Assembly: GCF_002105155.1 (NCBI RefSeq) | Contig: NW_019028997.1 | Coordinates: 248,001-312,000 of the forward strand | Direction: 5' to 3' | DNA length: 64,000 nucleotides | Origin: Lobosporangium transversale | Lineage: Eukaryota | In this document: one piece after another, positions 54,401 through 64,000 of the stretch | How the letters are laid out: each line of letters opens with the position of its first letter | How positions within the stretch are numbered: the stretch's first letter is position 1 | Made by a program: the position numbers and the translations under genes | Notes under the pieces: generated by a model | What the model was told of the DNA's origin: nothing | The model's input: only the letters and a program-made list of their open reading frames with translations | Database searches by the model: none

Positions 54401-56097
54401 TTTCCTATACTTTACCTTGCTCAAAGCCACCCTGTTCGAGTGATTAGTCAAAAAACAAGTAAGCAAGCGGTCTAAGGCTCACTCTTGCTCTTTGCCTTGA
54501 CCCAAATGGGTCGTAAAGTATGACCTTCAATCTTACCACTTGATTGGGATGGAAGGATGAGAAGACTCGAGCTAAGCTTATAGTCCCAAACTGTCCCTGA
54601 TCCTGCGCTGGCAGGCACTGAAGACTGTAGACATGAATACAGGGAGGGAACAAGCTCATCATTCATGGCACAGCAATAAACATCTAAAAGAAGCTTAAGC
54701 AAAGTTCTAACAAGAGCAACCTTTTGCATCACTCTTCCCACCCTTCCTCCATTTTGCGGAATATCTAAGCTCATTCTGTGATATACCCAGAAGTGAACTG
54801 CGCTCCGTCTACGGCCCGATCTCTTAGCTGTTCCTGATCCAATCATCACTTTTTTGTCCTGATCCAATCATCACTCTTTTGTCCTGATCAATCTCTAAAG
54901 AAAGTCTATTTTATATATTTATTCGCATCTCTTGCTTAAGCTCTTCTTCCTTTTAAACACCTCGTCCTGTCTAACGCAACTTCTTATTGATCATGTTATC
55001 CTGCTCCAACTCTTCTTCCTACCGTTCATATCATCCTGCTCCAACCCTTCTTCCTCCTTTTAAATACTCTAGTTCTCACACTAGCTAGGATATTTTCTAC
55101 GTCTTGCAAGTCAAGGAAATCAACAATTGTTTTTATTATTGTTGCCAGGCGGGGACCTTTTATTAAGGACCCGCCATGACCGCCACACAATATTCTTACC
55201 TTATGAATAAAAATGGAAGTGCCCCCGAGGTGCACTCCCAAGACTCGGTACGTAACGCTAGCCACCTTCGCTATCATTTCTTTGCTTCCATTATCAAAAT
55301 AAATTTGATGCCCGCATGAACTTCTGCCACAGGAGCTGGGGATAAACGGTGGTCTTTTATTAAGTGACCAGATGTGCTCTATTTAAAGGCGCTTAAGATG
55401 TCTGGTAGGTATAGCTTTCATAATATTTTCTCATGCTATTGACAAAGGATACGGTCCTAGGGTATAATCAATATCGTCCCCATGGGGTAGAGCCTTTTAC
55501 TGTCGATAAAGCAGCAGCCCCAACTTCACCCTCGCAATATCCACTTATGACAAACATTACGTGAGCTTCCCGCTCACGAACTATGGCACCTAAAAGACTC
55601 GCCTCACTTTATTAGAGCACCCTATGCCTACTATATCCTTTATTTACTGAATATTCCTTTCATCCCTTTCATTCCTTACAATGATATTCACCTTGCACAA
55701 CATCCAATTAGATTTTCGGTTCAAAGTTTGAGAACATTGCTACTTTTTCCACAGCACTAAATGTACAGTGGTCATCAAAAGTCATTCAATGATTTTGAAT
55801 TTTTAACATTCTCATTCCTTTTCTTCATTCTCATCTAGCATGTGGCTAGTATATTTGGGGTAGTGCATTTGTTCCCCACACCTCATGATTACTTTCATGT
55901 CTCATTCCCAATTATGACTTCATTGTGAAATAAAACCAATTTCAATTTGACCTGCCTATTGAATGACTTCTGCTGAATTTTAATGTTGATTGCAAAAAAA
56001 ACTTTTTCACTTCTCTTTTTTCTACCAAGATTACCTTCAGCTATATCTTCATACACCTCTACTTACAATTAACATTCCACATCGTTTAGTATTTATT

Positions 56098-57117
56098 ATG
56101 AGGACGCTTTCTATGGAAAAGGTACAAAATGCTCAGGCCTTACTTCGACAAGGGAAGTCTACAAGCGAAGTGGCAAGGCAACTTGGTATCTCTATTTCAT
56201 CGGCAATAAGGATCAGGAGGGACGTCAAGGACAATATTCCTAAACCCAGAATGGGCAGACCCTCATTGGTTTCCCCTGCTACCAAGAGGGTTATTGCACG
56301 CGAGGTTGATACGGGGAAACTTAGATCCATTCTGGCAGTTCAAGAATACATCAGATCGAGCCATGGAGTGCATGTCAGTGTAGAGACTGCCCGACGCTAT
56401 CTAAAATCAGAGGGTTTGAAAAACTATGTCCGCCCATTCAAGCCTAGGCTGACAAAAATGCAGATTGCGAAAAGGAAGAATTTTGCCCTCAACCACCTTG
56501 ACTGGACTGTTGATGACTGGAAGCGAGTGATGTTCTCGGACGAAAAGCTTTTTGAAAGGCTAGGGTCCTTAGGAGGAAGAACACAATATAGGCGACCCGG
56601 CCACAGGACTTTAGAAGATCGAGATGTTAGAGAGAGATCAAGGGGAGCACATAACAAACTTATGTGGTGGGGCTGTATCACTTATCATGGTGTAGGCGAT
56701 GGTTGCAGGATCCCTGTCACAGTTGATTCCTCTTTATATGTTGATGTTCTACAAGATTATGTCCTCGGCTCATGGAAGTGGTATGGCCAGGACCCTGAAA
56801 AGTTAATTTTTCAGCAGGACAATGCAAGTGTTCATACGAGTAGGATGGTTAAAGAGTTCTTTATTAAGTCACACATTACCACTTTGGAGTGGCCTCCAAA
56901 TTCTCCTGACCTCAACCCTATCGAGAATGTATGGGCCTACATGGATCATCGGCTCAAGGGATATGAGAAGGTACCAAAGGATCCGGATGAACTATGGGAA
57001 AGACTACAGGATATCTGGACATCTATTCCACCTGACTTCCTTGATGAGCTATATGAAAGTATGCCACGAAGGGTAGAGGAGCTACATCGCATGAAAGGAT
57101 CTCGTACACATTGCTGA
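56098..57117 (+). CDS. Tc1 transposase, 339 aa, uninterrupted
   Basis: N-terminal HTH (STSEVARQLGISISSAIRI), GRP linker, WKRVMFSDEK, FQQDNASVH and WPPNSPDLNPIENVW. There are 34 residues between the second D and the E. Confidence 0.95.
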   Translation: MRTLSMEKVQNAQALLRQGKSTSEVARQLGISISSAIRIRRDVKDNIPKPRMGRPSLVSPATKRVIAREVDTGKLRSILAVQEYIRSSHGVHVSVETARRYLKSEGLKNYVRPFKPRLTKMQIAKRKNFALNHLDWTVDDWKRVMFSDEKLFERLGSLGGRTQYRRPGHRTLEDRDVRERSRGAHNKLMWWGCITYHGVGDGCRIPVTVDSSLYVDVLQDYVLGSWKWYGQDPEKLIFQQDNASVHTSRMVKEFFIKSHITTLEWPPNSPDLNPIENVWAYMDHRLKGYEKVPKDPDELWERLQDIWTSIPPDFLDELYESMPRRVEELHRMKGSRTHC

Positions 57118-57140
57118 AGAACAGAAAAAAAAAAACAAAT

Positions 57141-58494
57141 TTTTTATACTTATTGGAGAACGCTCTTGTATACAATGTTCCTTGTATAAACACCTTCAAA
57201 CCCAGGAAATATGCCATTGTCTATTAAAACCCTCAGATCTCTTGGATTGGAGCAGCGTGATAGTGCAACATACAGTTGACCATGAGTAAACACGGGAGCA
57301 GGGAGATAAATACCCACCTTCTCAAGAGTTTGCCCCTGCGACTTGTTAATTGTCATAGCGAATGCTGGCTTGATGGGGAATTGATACCGTGTAAACTTCA
57401 CAGGTGATGTTTGGTCATCATCAGCAGTTGTCAGGGGATGCGCGGAATAAACACTCTTTTTCCTTTTAAAGCGCCTGTGATAACTTCTGCTTCCATGCAT
57501 CTTGAGGTAAGACCACGCACAATAAGTCGGGCACCATTACACAATCCACGCTTGGCGTTCATATTCCTTAACAACATGATAGGCTGGCCGATCTTTAGTA
57601 GCAGCTTAAATGGTAACTTAAAACCTCTAGGATGAATGGAAGTGGCTCAATAATGGGCAATACAACTCGACCTCTCTGACAGCAGATGGAGTATTTAAAG
57701 TCCTGATTTTTGCTTCTTATTACTTCGTTCCTCTTTACCACACTTTCGCCGACAATCTGGACATTTTATCATCCGATCAAGGTGATGTCTGTGATTTTTA
57801 ATACTGTTGCCTCTGATTAGATTTTCATTAAAAGGTCGCCTAGCAATGAAAGGTCGCCTAGCAATAGGAACTTGTACTGGAAGTGGAGGTCGTGGTGGGG
57901 GATGATAAGGCTCAAATTCATATTCTTCTTCGCGGTTACTTCTGTTCAGGTTAATGTTCTCATTACGTGAATTTTGCACCTCCATGTCACGCTCACTTTG
58001 ATTTTGAAAAATTGAAAAAAAATATTTATTTAATTATTAGTTCAGCTTTTCCTACACTTGTATCCTACATCCTACATATACTTATCCATTCCTCTGTTGC
58101 TCTGTCGTGTTGTCTTGTCATATTGTCATATATGTTCTGCATTTTCCAATTATCACTTATACTCACTTATCAATGACGGGATAATATTCTCAGGACAATT
58201 TTCCATATGTCCATGTATTCTTGGACGATTACATGTCTTACATCTGTTGAAAAGACACTCATTACTATTTGATCGTTCATGCGTAACTTCAACTAATTCT
58301 CCACGACGCGCATTATTCTTTAACGCATTGGTTGCAAACCATTGTTGAAGTAAGGGAATAAGGGAAAGGGTAATGAATGAGGGAATGAAAGGGGAGGAGG
58401 AGGAAATAAAATCCGATCTTAATCCCAAATTGTCTGAAAAAAAATTTCTACACGTGATATATCAAAAAAGGTAGCGGCTATAGTATATTAGAGA
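57141..58494 (-). mobile_element. Internally deleted, 3'-truncated Helitron inside the Tc1 element
   Basis: On the minus strand it begins A|TCTCTAATATACTATAG at 58494 (Helitron-type 5' TC). An N-terminal Zn-finger-like relic HHLDRMIKCPDC is followed by the Pif1 helicase C-terminus ([44 protein letters not shown]) with a frameshift. The Rep domain and most of the helicase are missing. Confidence 0.85.
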
Positions 58495-58572
58495 TGCCAC
58501 GAAGGGTAGAGGAGCTACATCGCAAGAAAGGAGGTCGTACACATTACTGAAGAACAGAAAAAAAAAACAAAT
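58494..58572 (+). repeat. Second copy of an ~80-bp direct repeat (first copy 57061-57140) comprising the transposase 3' end
   Basis: Both copies read atgccacgaagggtagaggagctacatcgc...gaagaacagaaaaaaaaaacaaat, with 4 substitutions and a 1-nt difference in the A run. Confidence 0.92.
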
Positions 58573-58803
58573 AAAGCAAAGCTGCTGTTTTTCTTCAAAT
58601 GTCATTCAATGAGATTGCCAATAATTGGCATTCATCTAAATTTTCAATTAGCAACAGGAGCTCATTGACATTGTAGTAGGAGTGACGTTGTCGATGGTCA
58701 AACTCGCTACGTAAGTTTCATTAGCGACAAGCAAGATCAAATTGGAGAAAGGAATGAGAATGTCGAAATTCCTAATTCATTGAATGACTTTTGATGACCA
58801 CTG

Positions 58804-60518
58804 TAGTTCGATCGCGAATGAGTTGACAGAAATGGATGGCGGATCTTGCTGATCTGGTCGTCTCGAAAGTGCATCTGGAACAATGTTATCAGATCCACGC
58901 TTGTACTTGAAATCAAAATCATATTCCTGGAGTAGCTCCATCCAACGCGCTTGCCGCCGTGTTAATTTGGGTTGTGTTGGAAAGTGACGCAAGGTAGCGT
59001 GGTCGGTGTATACCACGAAGTGAGTGCCATCGAGGTAATAACGCCAGGTCCTAAGTGCATGAACGACTGCTAATAATTCTTGCTCATGTGTTGGGTAATT
59101 CTTCTCGGCTGAACTAAGTTTCTTGGATGTAAACGCTACTGGGTGGGACTCTCCATGCTCATCTGTTTGGAATAATACAGCACCTATAGCGAACCCCGAG
59201 GCATCCGTCTCTACTGTGGTGGTTAGGTCAGGGTCAAATATTCTGAGCACAGGGGCCTTGGTTATGGCATTTTTCAAGGTAGCAAATGCGCGCTCTTTTT
59301 CTTCATCCCAAGAGAAAGTGGCACTGTCACCTAAGAGAGCAGTCGAGGGTAAGGCAATAGTGGCGAAGTCACGAATGTACTGCTGATAGAACTGAACAAG
59401 GCCAATAAACTGTTGTACATCTCTCTGCTTGGTGGGACGAGGCCACTCCTTGATAGCCTTGACATGACCAGCGCTTGTCTTGATGCCGTCTTTACAAACA
59501 ACATGCCCTAGGAATTCAGTTTCTTCTTGCATAAAGGAGCACTTGCTAAGTTTGGCATAGAGACGATTCTTCCGGAGGAGCGAGAGTACACTGCGAATAT
59601 GGGCCAGATGCTCGGTCTTGTTCTTGGAGTAAATTAGAATATCATCCAGGTAGAGTACTACACATTTATCTAATACTGGGCCCAGCGCTTGTGACATCAT
59701 GGTGGAGAACGAAGCAGGAGCATTGGTTAGACCAAATGGAACAACATTAAATTCATAGTGGCCATATCTGCAACGAAATGCTGTCTTATGAGTGTGTGCG
59801 TCAAAGATCCGCTGTTGGTGGTATCCTGACATTAGATCGAGTTTTGAGAAATATTTCACATTTCGAAAGCGGTCGATGAGCTCATCGATGCGCGGAAGTG
59901 GGTGGCGATTCTTGCGTGTGATTCTATTCAAACCACGGTAATCCACGCACATGCGAAGGGTTCCATCTTTCTTTTTGACGAAAAGAACGGGAGCTCCATA
60001 AGGTGATGTGCTGGGCTTAATAAATCCCTTAGCTAAGAGCTCATCCAGCTGTTTGCGCAACTCGTCGAGCTCAGCGATAGGGAGGCGAATCACAGGGCGA
60101 AAGGGTGGATCTGCATTAGGGTCTGTTTCAATCTTCATAGAATCGCCTCGGCCTGGTGGAAGACCTGCAGGGAGTGAGTCAGGAAAGACATCAGGGAACT
60201 CAACCTGTATAATTGATGCAATGTCAGGGTGTATGTCGGAAGTGGCATTTGTTGAGAGCTGAGGGAGTTTCACTGTGGCGAGGTAAACCTCGCTGTCTGG
60301 CTGTGCCGCGACAGTTTGGAAATGCATGTGGCTCATAAGTAGGCCGCGAGACTTAGCTGTAATGGAATTTGTTTGGAATCCCCTGCATGACCAGCGCACG
60401 GTATTACCATTGTGTGTGAAGTGGAGATCATTGGTGCGCCAATCGATAGAGGGGTTAACTGCGGTAAGCCAAGGTTTGCCAAGAATGAGGTCATAGTGTT
60501 TGAGGGGGTAGACGAGTG
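58804..60518 (-). mobile_element. Ty3/gypsy LTR retrotransposon pol fragment (protease tail, RT, RNase H); no gag, integrase or LTR seen
   Basis: YDLILGKPWL...NPSIDW, PSTSPYGAPVLFVKKKDGTLRMCVDYRGLN, YLDD, TDASGFAIGAVL, EQELLAVV, NIVPDALSR. The frame is open until cut by the Tc1 TIR at a TA. Confidence 0.93.
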
Positions 60519-60519
60519 A

Positions 60520-61383
60520 TTAGCCACCAGTATGCTCTGTAGCGCTCAGCAGTCGGTCAGTTATATGGGCCAAGATAGCCTTCAAGACCCTGAGGCAGCA
60601 GCCACGGCCCATTATCCTGTGGAATATCTGAACAAGCTTAGTCCACCAGGCTTGCCTCCGTTCAAACTAGAGTTAAAAGTCGGTCAACCTGTCATTCTTC
60701 TTCGCAACTTGAACCCAAAGCGCGGACTATGTAATGGTACCGGCATGATTGTGCGTGCGTTAGGCACAAGAATGATCCAAACTGAGGTCATCAAAGGGCA
60801 ATATCAAGGAGAGCGCGTCTTCATTCCCCGCATACCGCTTAAGACGATTGATGAGCGCTCTTCCCCAATCATGTTCTGCAGACGCCAATTCCCAATCAAG
60901 CCAGCCTTCGCTATGACTATCAACAAGTCTCAAGGGCAGACACTTAAACATGTTGGTGTTTATCTTCCTCAAGATGTCTTCTGTCATGGTCATCTCTACG
61001 TTGCTTTATCACGGTGTACTGACCCAAACAATCTTAAGGTACTGATTGGGAACGGGAAGATAGAAGGCAAGCCTGGGATATACACCCGAAACATCGTCTT
61101 CAAGGATGCTTTATAGGCATAATATTTTTAGATCTTCAGGTATTCTGTCATCTCCAGGTCATTAATGTCGGCTTTTAACTCATCTCCGCCGTTATTTCAC
61201 CTGATGAATATTCTGCAAGATACTTCTCTCTTGGCTGTAGCATTTATTTTTGTATTTTATTTTGTATTTTATTAATTTATATTGTGTACGATAAAGATAA
61301 CCTTTTGTGTTGTTTTCACGAAATGAGACATTAAATTATTCACGAGGCGAGCAGACCGTGGCGAAGCCACGGTCTCCGGCTCG
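60520..61383 (+). mobile_element. 5'-truncated Helitron: Pif1 helicase C-terminus (ORF 60532-61116) plus 3' terminus
   Basis: [80 protein letters not shown] terminal hairpin and CTCG|T end follow. Confidence 0.9.
61353..61383 (+). terminator. Helitron 3' terminal hairpin and end motif
   Basis: AGACCGTGGC-GAA-GCCACGGTCT (perfect 10-bp stem, 61353-61375), followed 4 nt later by CTCG|T. Confidence 0.85.
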
Positions 61384-61436
61384 TAATAAATAAAGATCGC
61401 AGTCACCGTTTGACATAAAAACAAATTTAAACGTCG

Positions 61437-61592
61437 CACTTTCATTCCTTGTGCTTTCATTCCTTTCTCAACCTTCATTCCTTTTCATTCTCTATTTCAT
61501 TCCTTTCTCTACTTTCATTCCTTTCTCTACCTTCCTTCATTTTTCTACTTTCATTCCTTTCTCTTCCTTCCTTCATTTCTCTACTTTCATTT
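61437..61592 (+). repeat. Degenerate pyrimidine-rich tandem repeats (TTTCATTCCTTTCTCTAC-like) upstream of the Crinkler ATG
   Basis: Read directly: repeated tttcattcct and ttctctac units. Confidence 0.7.
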
Positions 61593-61640
61593 GCTATTTA
61601 CCTCTCCCGATTCCCTCTCGCATTTCATCATCATTCGATC

Positions 61641-63669
61641 ATGACAAAACTATTTTGCATCCTTGACGGACAATCCACGGCATTCCCTGTTGAGGTCTCA
61701 GTAGAAGACACTATCGACGACCTCAAAAAAGCAATCAAGAAGAAAAAAGAATCTGAATTCAACGACATTGAAGCTGACAAATTGATTCTCTTCCACGTTT
61801 CTGTTCCTGATGAGGGCGCTACAATCAATCTCGCCAATATTGAATCAAAGGAGCTACTCACCAGAGCAACAAGCAAGATCTCAAAGATATTTGGCACATC
61901 GCCTCTGCCTGAGGAGACTATCAACGTCATTATTCAGCGGCCGTTGGAAGGTAAGGGATTGGCTATTTGTTCTCAAACTTTTGTGTATGACATCATAGTC
62001 TGCAATTGCGTCTTTTTGATTGCTGCTTCCATTTTGAGCTTATTTTCTCCACTAACTTATTTTCCCTCCATTCCGTTTCTTGTCACAAGTAATGAAACGC
62101 GTCATGCTGATTGATTGCTGGTTTATCTCTAGTATGATGACTGCTAACCAATATTTTTCTATCCCGGCATCTTGCTTCACAGACCGTGTATCAGAGGCCG
62201 AATTCGTGCAGCATGTTCTAAGCAATATCACTGGCAGAGATCAAACACGTCGATCCAAGACCAGCACACGTCGTGGTTACTCGATAACTCCCGCGTCTGT
62301 GCGAGATTGGAATGACTTTTTACCTTTGGTACGCCGTATGCCTCTGGCAACCGAGCCTCAGTACACACCTCCTAGGTTTTCGGCAGTCAGGACCTTCACA
62401 ACCAAGTCGGATTTACAAGGGATCTTTCGCTATGACGTTGGATCGGTCCGAGGCCTGCCGCCATTTACAGACACGCGCGGCACTTATAGCTTGACGTACG
62501 GCCTTCCAGACCTGATTTGCTCGCGCGAGGATAACCAGTTGGCACTGTTTCCAATTGAAATGAAAAGACCTGTTATGCTGCATCTGAATGACGGCACCAG
62601 CTACTCCGCTGCCTACCTAGCACAAGGATCATCGTCACAGGGCCCAGTCGGTCCGCTAAAGCAGATTTTCGGCTACATGAGACTTAATGGATTTCGCTAT
62701 GGAGTTCTGTCAACCTATACTCAAACATGGTTTATCAAACGAGTCTCGGCACATGGCGACGGCATCCTAATCTCGTCCACAATCCACTTTGACAGGACAA
62801 ACCCGACTCTACTGCAGTGTTACCTGTGGCTGATTCGGACGGTGGATGGTGATACTGAATGGCAGCCAGCCATACCCGATAAGGCCTCAGTTGAAGACAT
62901 GCTCTCGAGGGAGCAACCTGAGGACAAGGCTACAAAACGTGACAGTGACTTTGATCCAGGACGTGGTGGTGGTGGAAAATCGAAGCAAGGATTCAGAGCC
63001 TATTTGACGCGAAGCAAGTAAGAGGCTAATACTCAAATGTGTTTTGATCGAGATTCTCTCACCAAAGGTGGCTGATCATCCAGTTTTTGACTGCAATCTA
63101 GGACCAAGAAGCAGGCAACAGGATCTATGCAATTGGAGAGACGCACTGTTCCAGCTTTCAAGGATATGAGACTTATTACATTTGGCGAGGGTGCGCGTAC
63201 GTTCCGAGCTACATGGATGGGCAAGGATGTAGTGGTGAAAAAAGCCGACATCTGGAAGCAGTCCCCAATTGTCGATGAGCTGGAGCACGAGGCCACGATT
63301 TACAAGGAGCTTCAGATGCTACAAGGTCACTTCGTTCCCGAACTGAAGCTAGCTGGGATCATGGACGGAATGGAGATGGTTTTAGTAACAGAGTTCACTG
63401 GGAGCGACCTCTGCAATAAGCATTTGGATGCATCTGATCGAGACAAGATCCGCGGAGCACTCTCAGCGATCCACGATTTGGGTGTCCTGCACGGTGATAT
63501 TCGACCAGATAACATTACAGCAAGACTTGATGGGCAGGATTCGCGATTCATTTTTATAGACTTTGGCTTTTCAAAATTTGCAAAACACAATTCAGCCCTG
63601 GATCGCGAGATGGGAGAATTGGAGGCGCTACTTGAGCTGATGCCATGGCCCGAAGGTAATGACGGTTAA
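61641..63669 (+). CDS. Crinkler (CRN)-type effector-like protein: CRN N-terminal domain + PD-(D/E)xK nuclease-like domain + kinase-like domain; exons 61641-61950, 62183-63017, 63102-63669
   Basis: Exon 1 reads MTKLFCILDGQSTAFPV...TIDDLKKAIK...ADKLILFHV...INVIIQRP (LFLAK/HVLVxxP-type domain). Exon 2 has PDLIC...FPIEMK...QIFGYM...YGVLSTY. Exon 3 has VVVKK, LEHEATIY, HGDIRPDNI, FIDFG. Both GT-AG junctions keep the frame. Confidence 0.88.
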
Positions 63670-63741
63670 TACGGTAATGGTAATGGTCATCGTGCTTTTG
63701 CTTCTCAAAGTGTGTCAGGTTAACGCCTTAAAGTGTACAGA

Positions 63742-64000
63742 TTATCGTGTAGGTAATGGAGGAGTTATAACAATCGGAGTGAATGGAGCTAGCAAGTGCG
63801 AATAGCCGAGCTCAAATACAGCATGTTGCAGGCCAGGAAAGAATGACAGAATCCTTTTCTCATCCACCAAGGGTACCCATTGTCTTGCGTAGCTTAAAGC
63901 AATACCTAGCTGCAAATCGTTATACAATAGCTGTTTGCTCGAACCTTTCAGTTCTTCAATTTCACCCAACGATAACCCGATGGATGGAGAGAGACATTTA
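63742..64000 (-). CDS. Possible 3' end of an unidentified minus-strand gene continuing beyond the window
   Basis: Open frame with protein-like composition (..LQLGIALSYARQWVPLVDEKRILSFFPGLQHAVFELGYSHLL..*). No motif recognised. Confidence 0.35.
   Translation of the reverse strand, partial: KCLSPSIGLSLGEIEELKGSSKQLLYNDLQLGIALSYARQWVPLVDEKRILSFFPGLQHAVFELGYSHLLAPFTPIVITPPLPTR

Larger units (their letters stand above)
55766..58803 (+). mobile_element. Tc1/mariner (DD34E) DNA transposon boundaries, about 3.0 kb, enclosing a Helitron fragment
   Basis: TA|CAGTGGTCATCAAAAGTCATTCAATGA at 55764-55792 and its perfect 27-bp inverse ending ...GACCACTG|TA at 58777-58805. Imperfect TIR homology extends to about 55-60 bp. 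Confidence 0.93.

Noticed and set aside
57150..57635. Pif1 fragments as a cellular PIF1/RRM3 gene (also 60532-61116)
   Set aside because: They are intronless, truncated and bounded by Helitron termini, so they are transposon-derived.
61437..61592. Repeat arrays considered as CRISPR-like (also 13629-13757 and 54831-54892)
   Set aside because: They are short degenerate tandem units without unique spacers, there are no cas genes, and the context is eukaryotic.

Overview
Eukaryotic, intron-rich fungal DNA with very long poly(A)/poly(T) tracts. Gene content and style suggest an early-diverging fungus, probably Mortierellaceae (inference). Positions 1-49.3 kb are a dense block of spliced conserved genes: KAR5-like (5' end outside the window), GCV1, SEH1, folliculin/LST7, a DnaJ-X chaperone with an extra N-terminal Cys4 motif, SET3-like PHD-SET, CDC123, TIP41, GUK1, PNO1, RPL37, MOB1, a Zn2Cys6 factor, an SCCPDH-like oxidoreductase, an F-BAR/DEP/RhoGAP and a SAM methyltransferase. 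An inverted duplicated gene relic lies at 26.4-27.9 kb. Positions 49.4-55.7 kb are gene-poor. Positions 55.7-64 kb are an accessory, transposon-rich block. It holds a DD34E Tc1 element with an intact transposase that encloses a deleted Helitron between 80-bp direct repeats, a truncated Ty3/gypsy pol, a second Helitron 3' end with its hairpin, and directly downstream an intact Crinkler-type gene (CRN N-terminal domain + restriction-endonuclease-like + kinase-like). All exon boundaries and gene names come from manual reading, not database searches.
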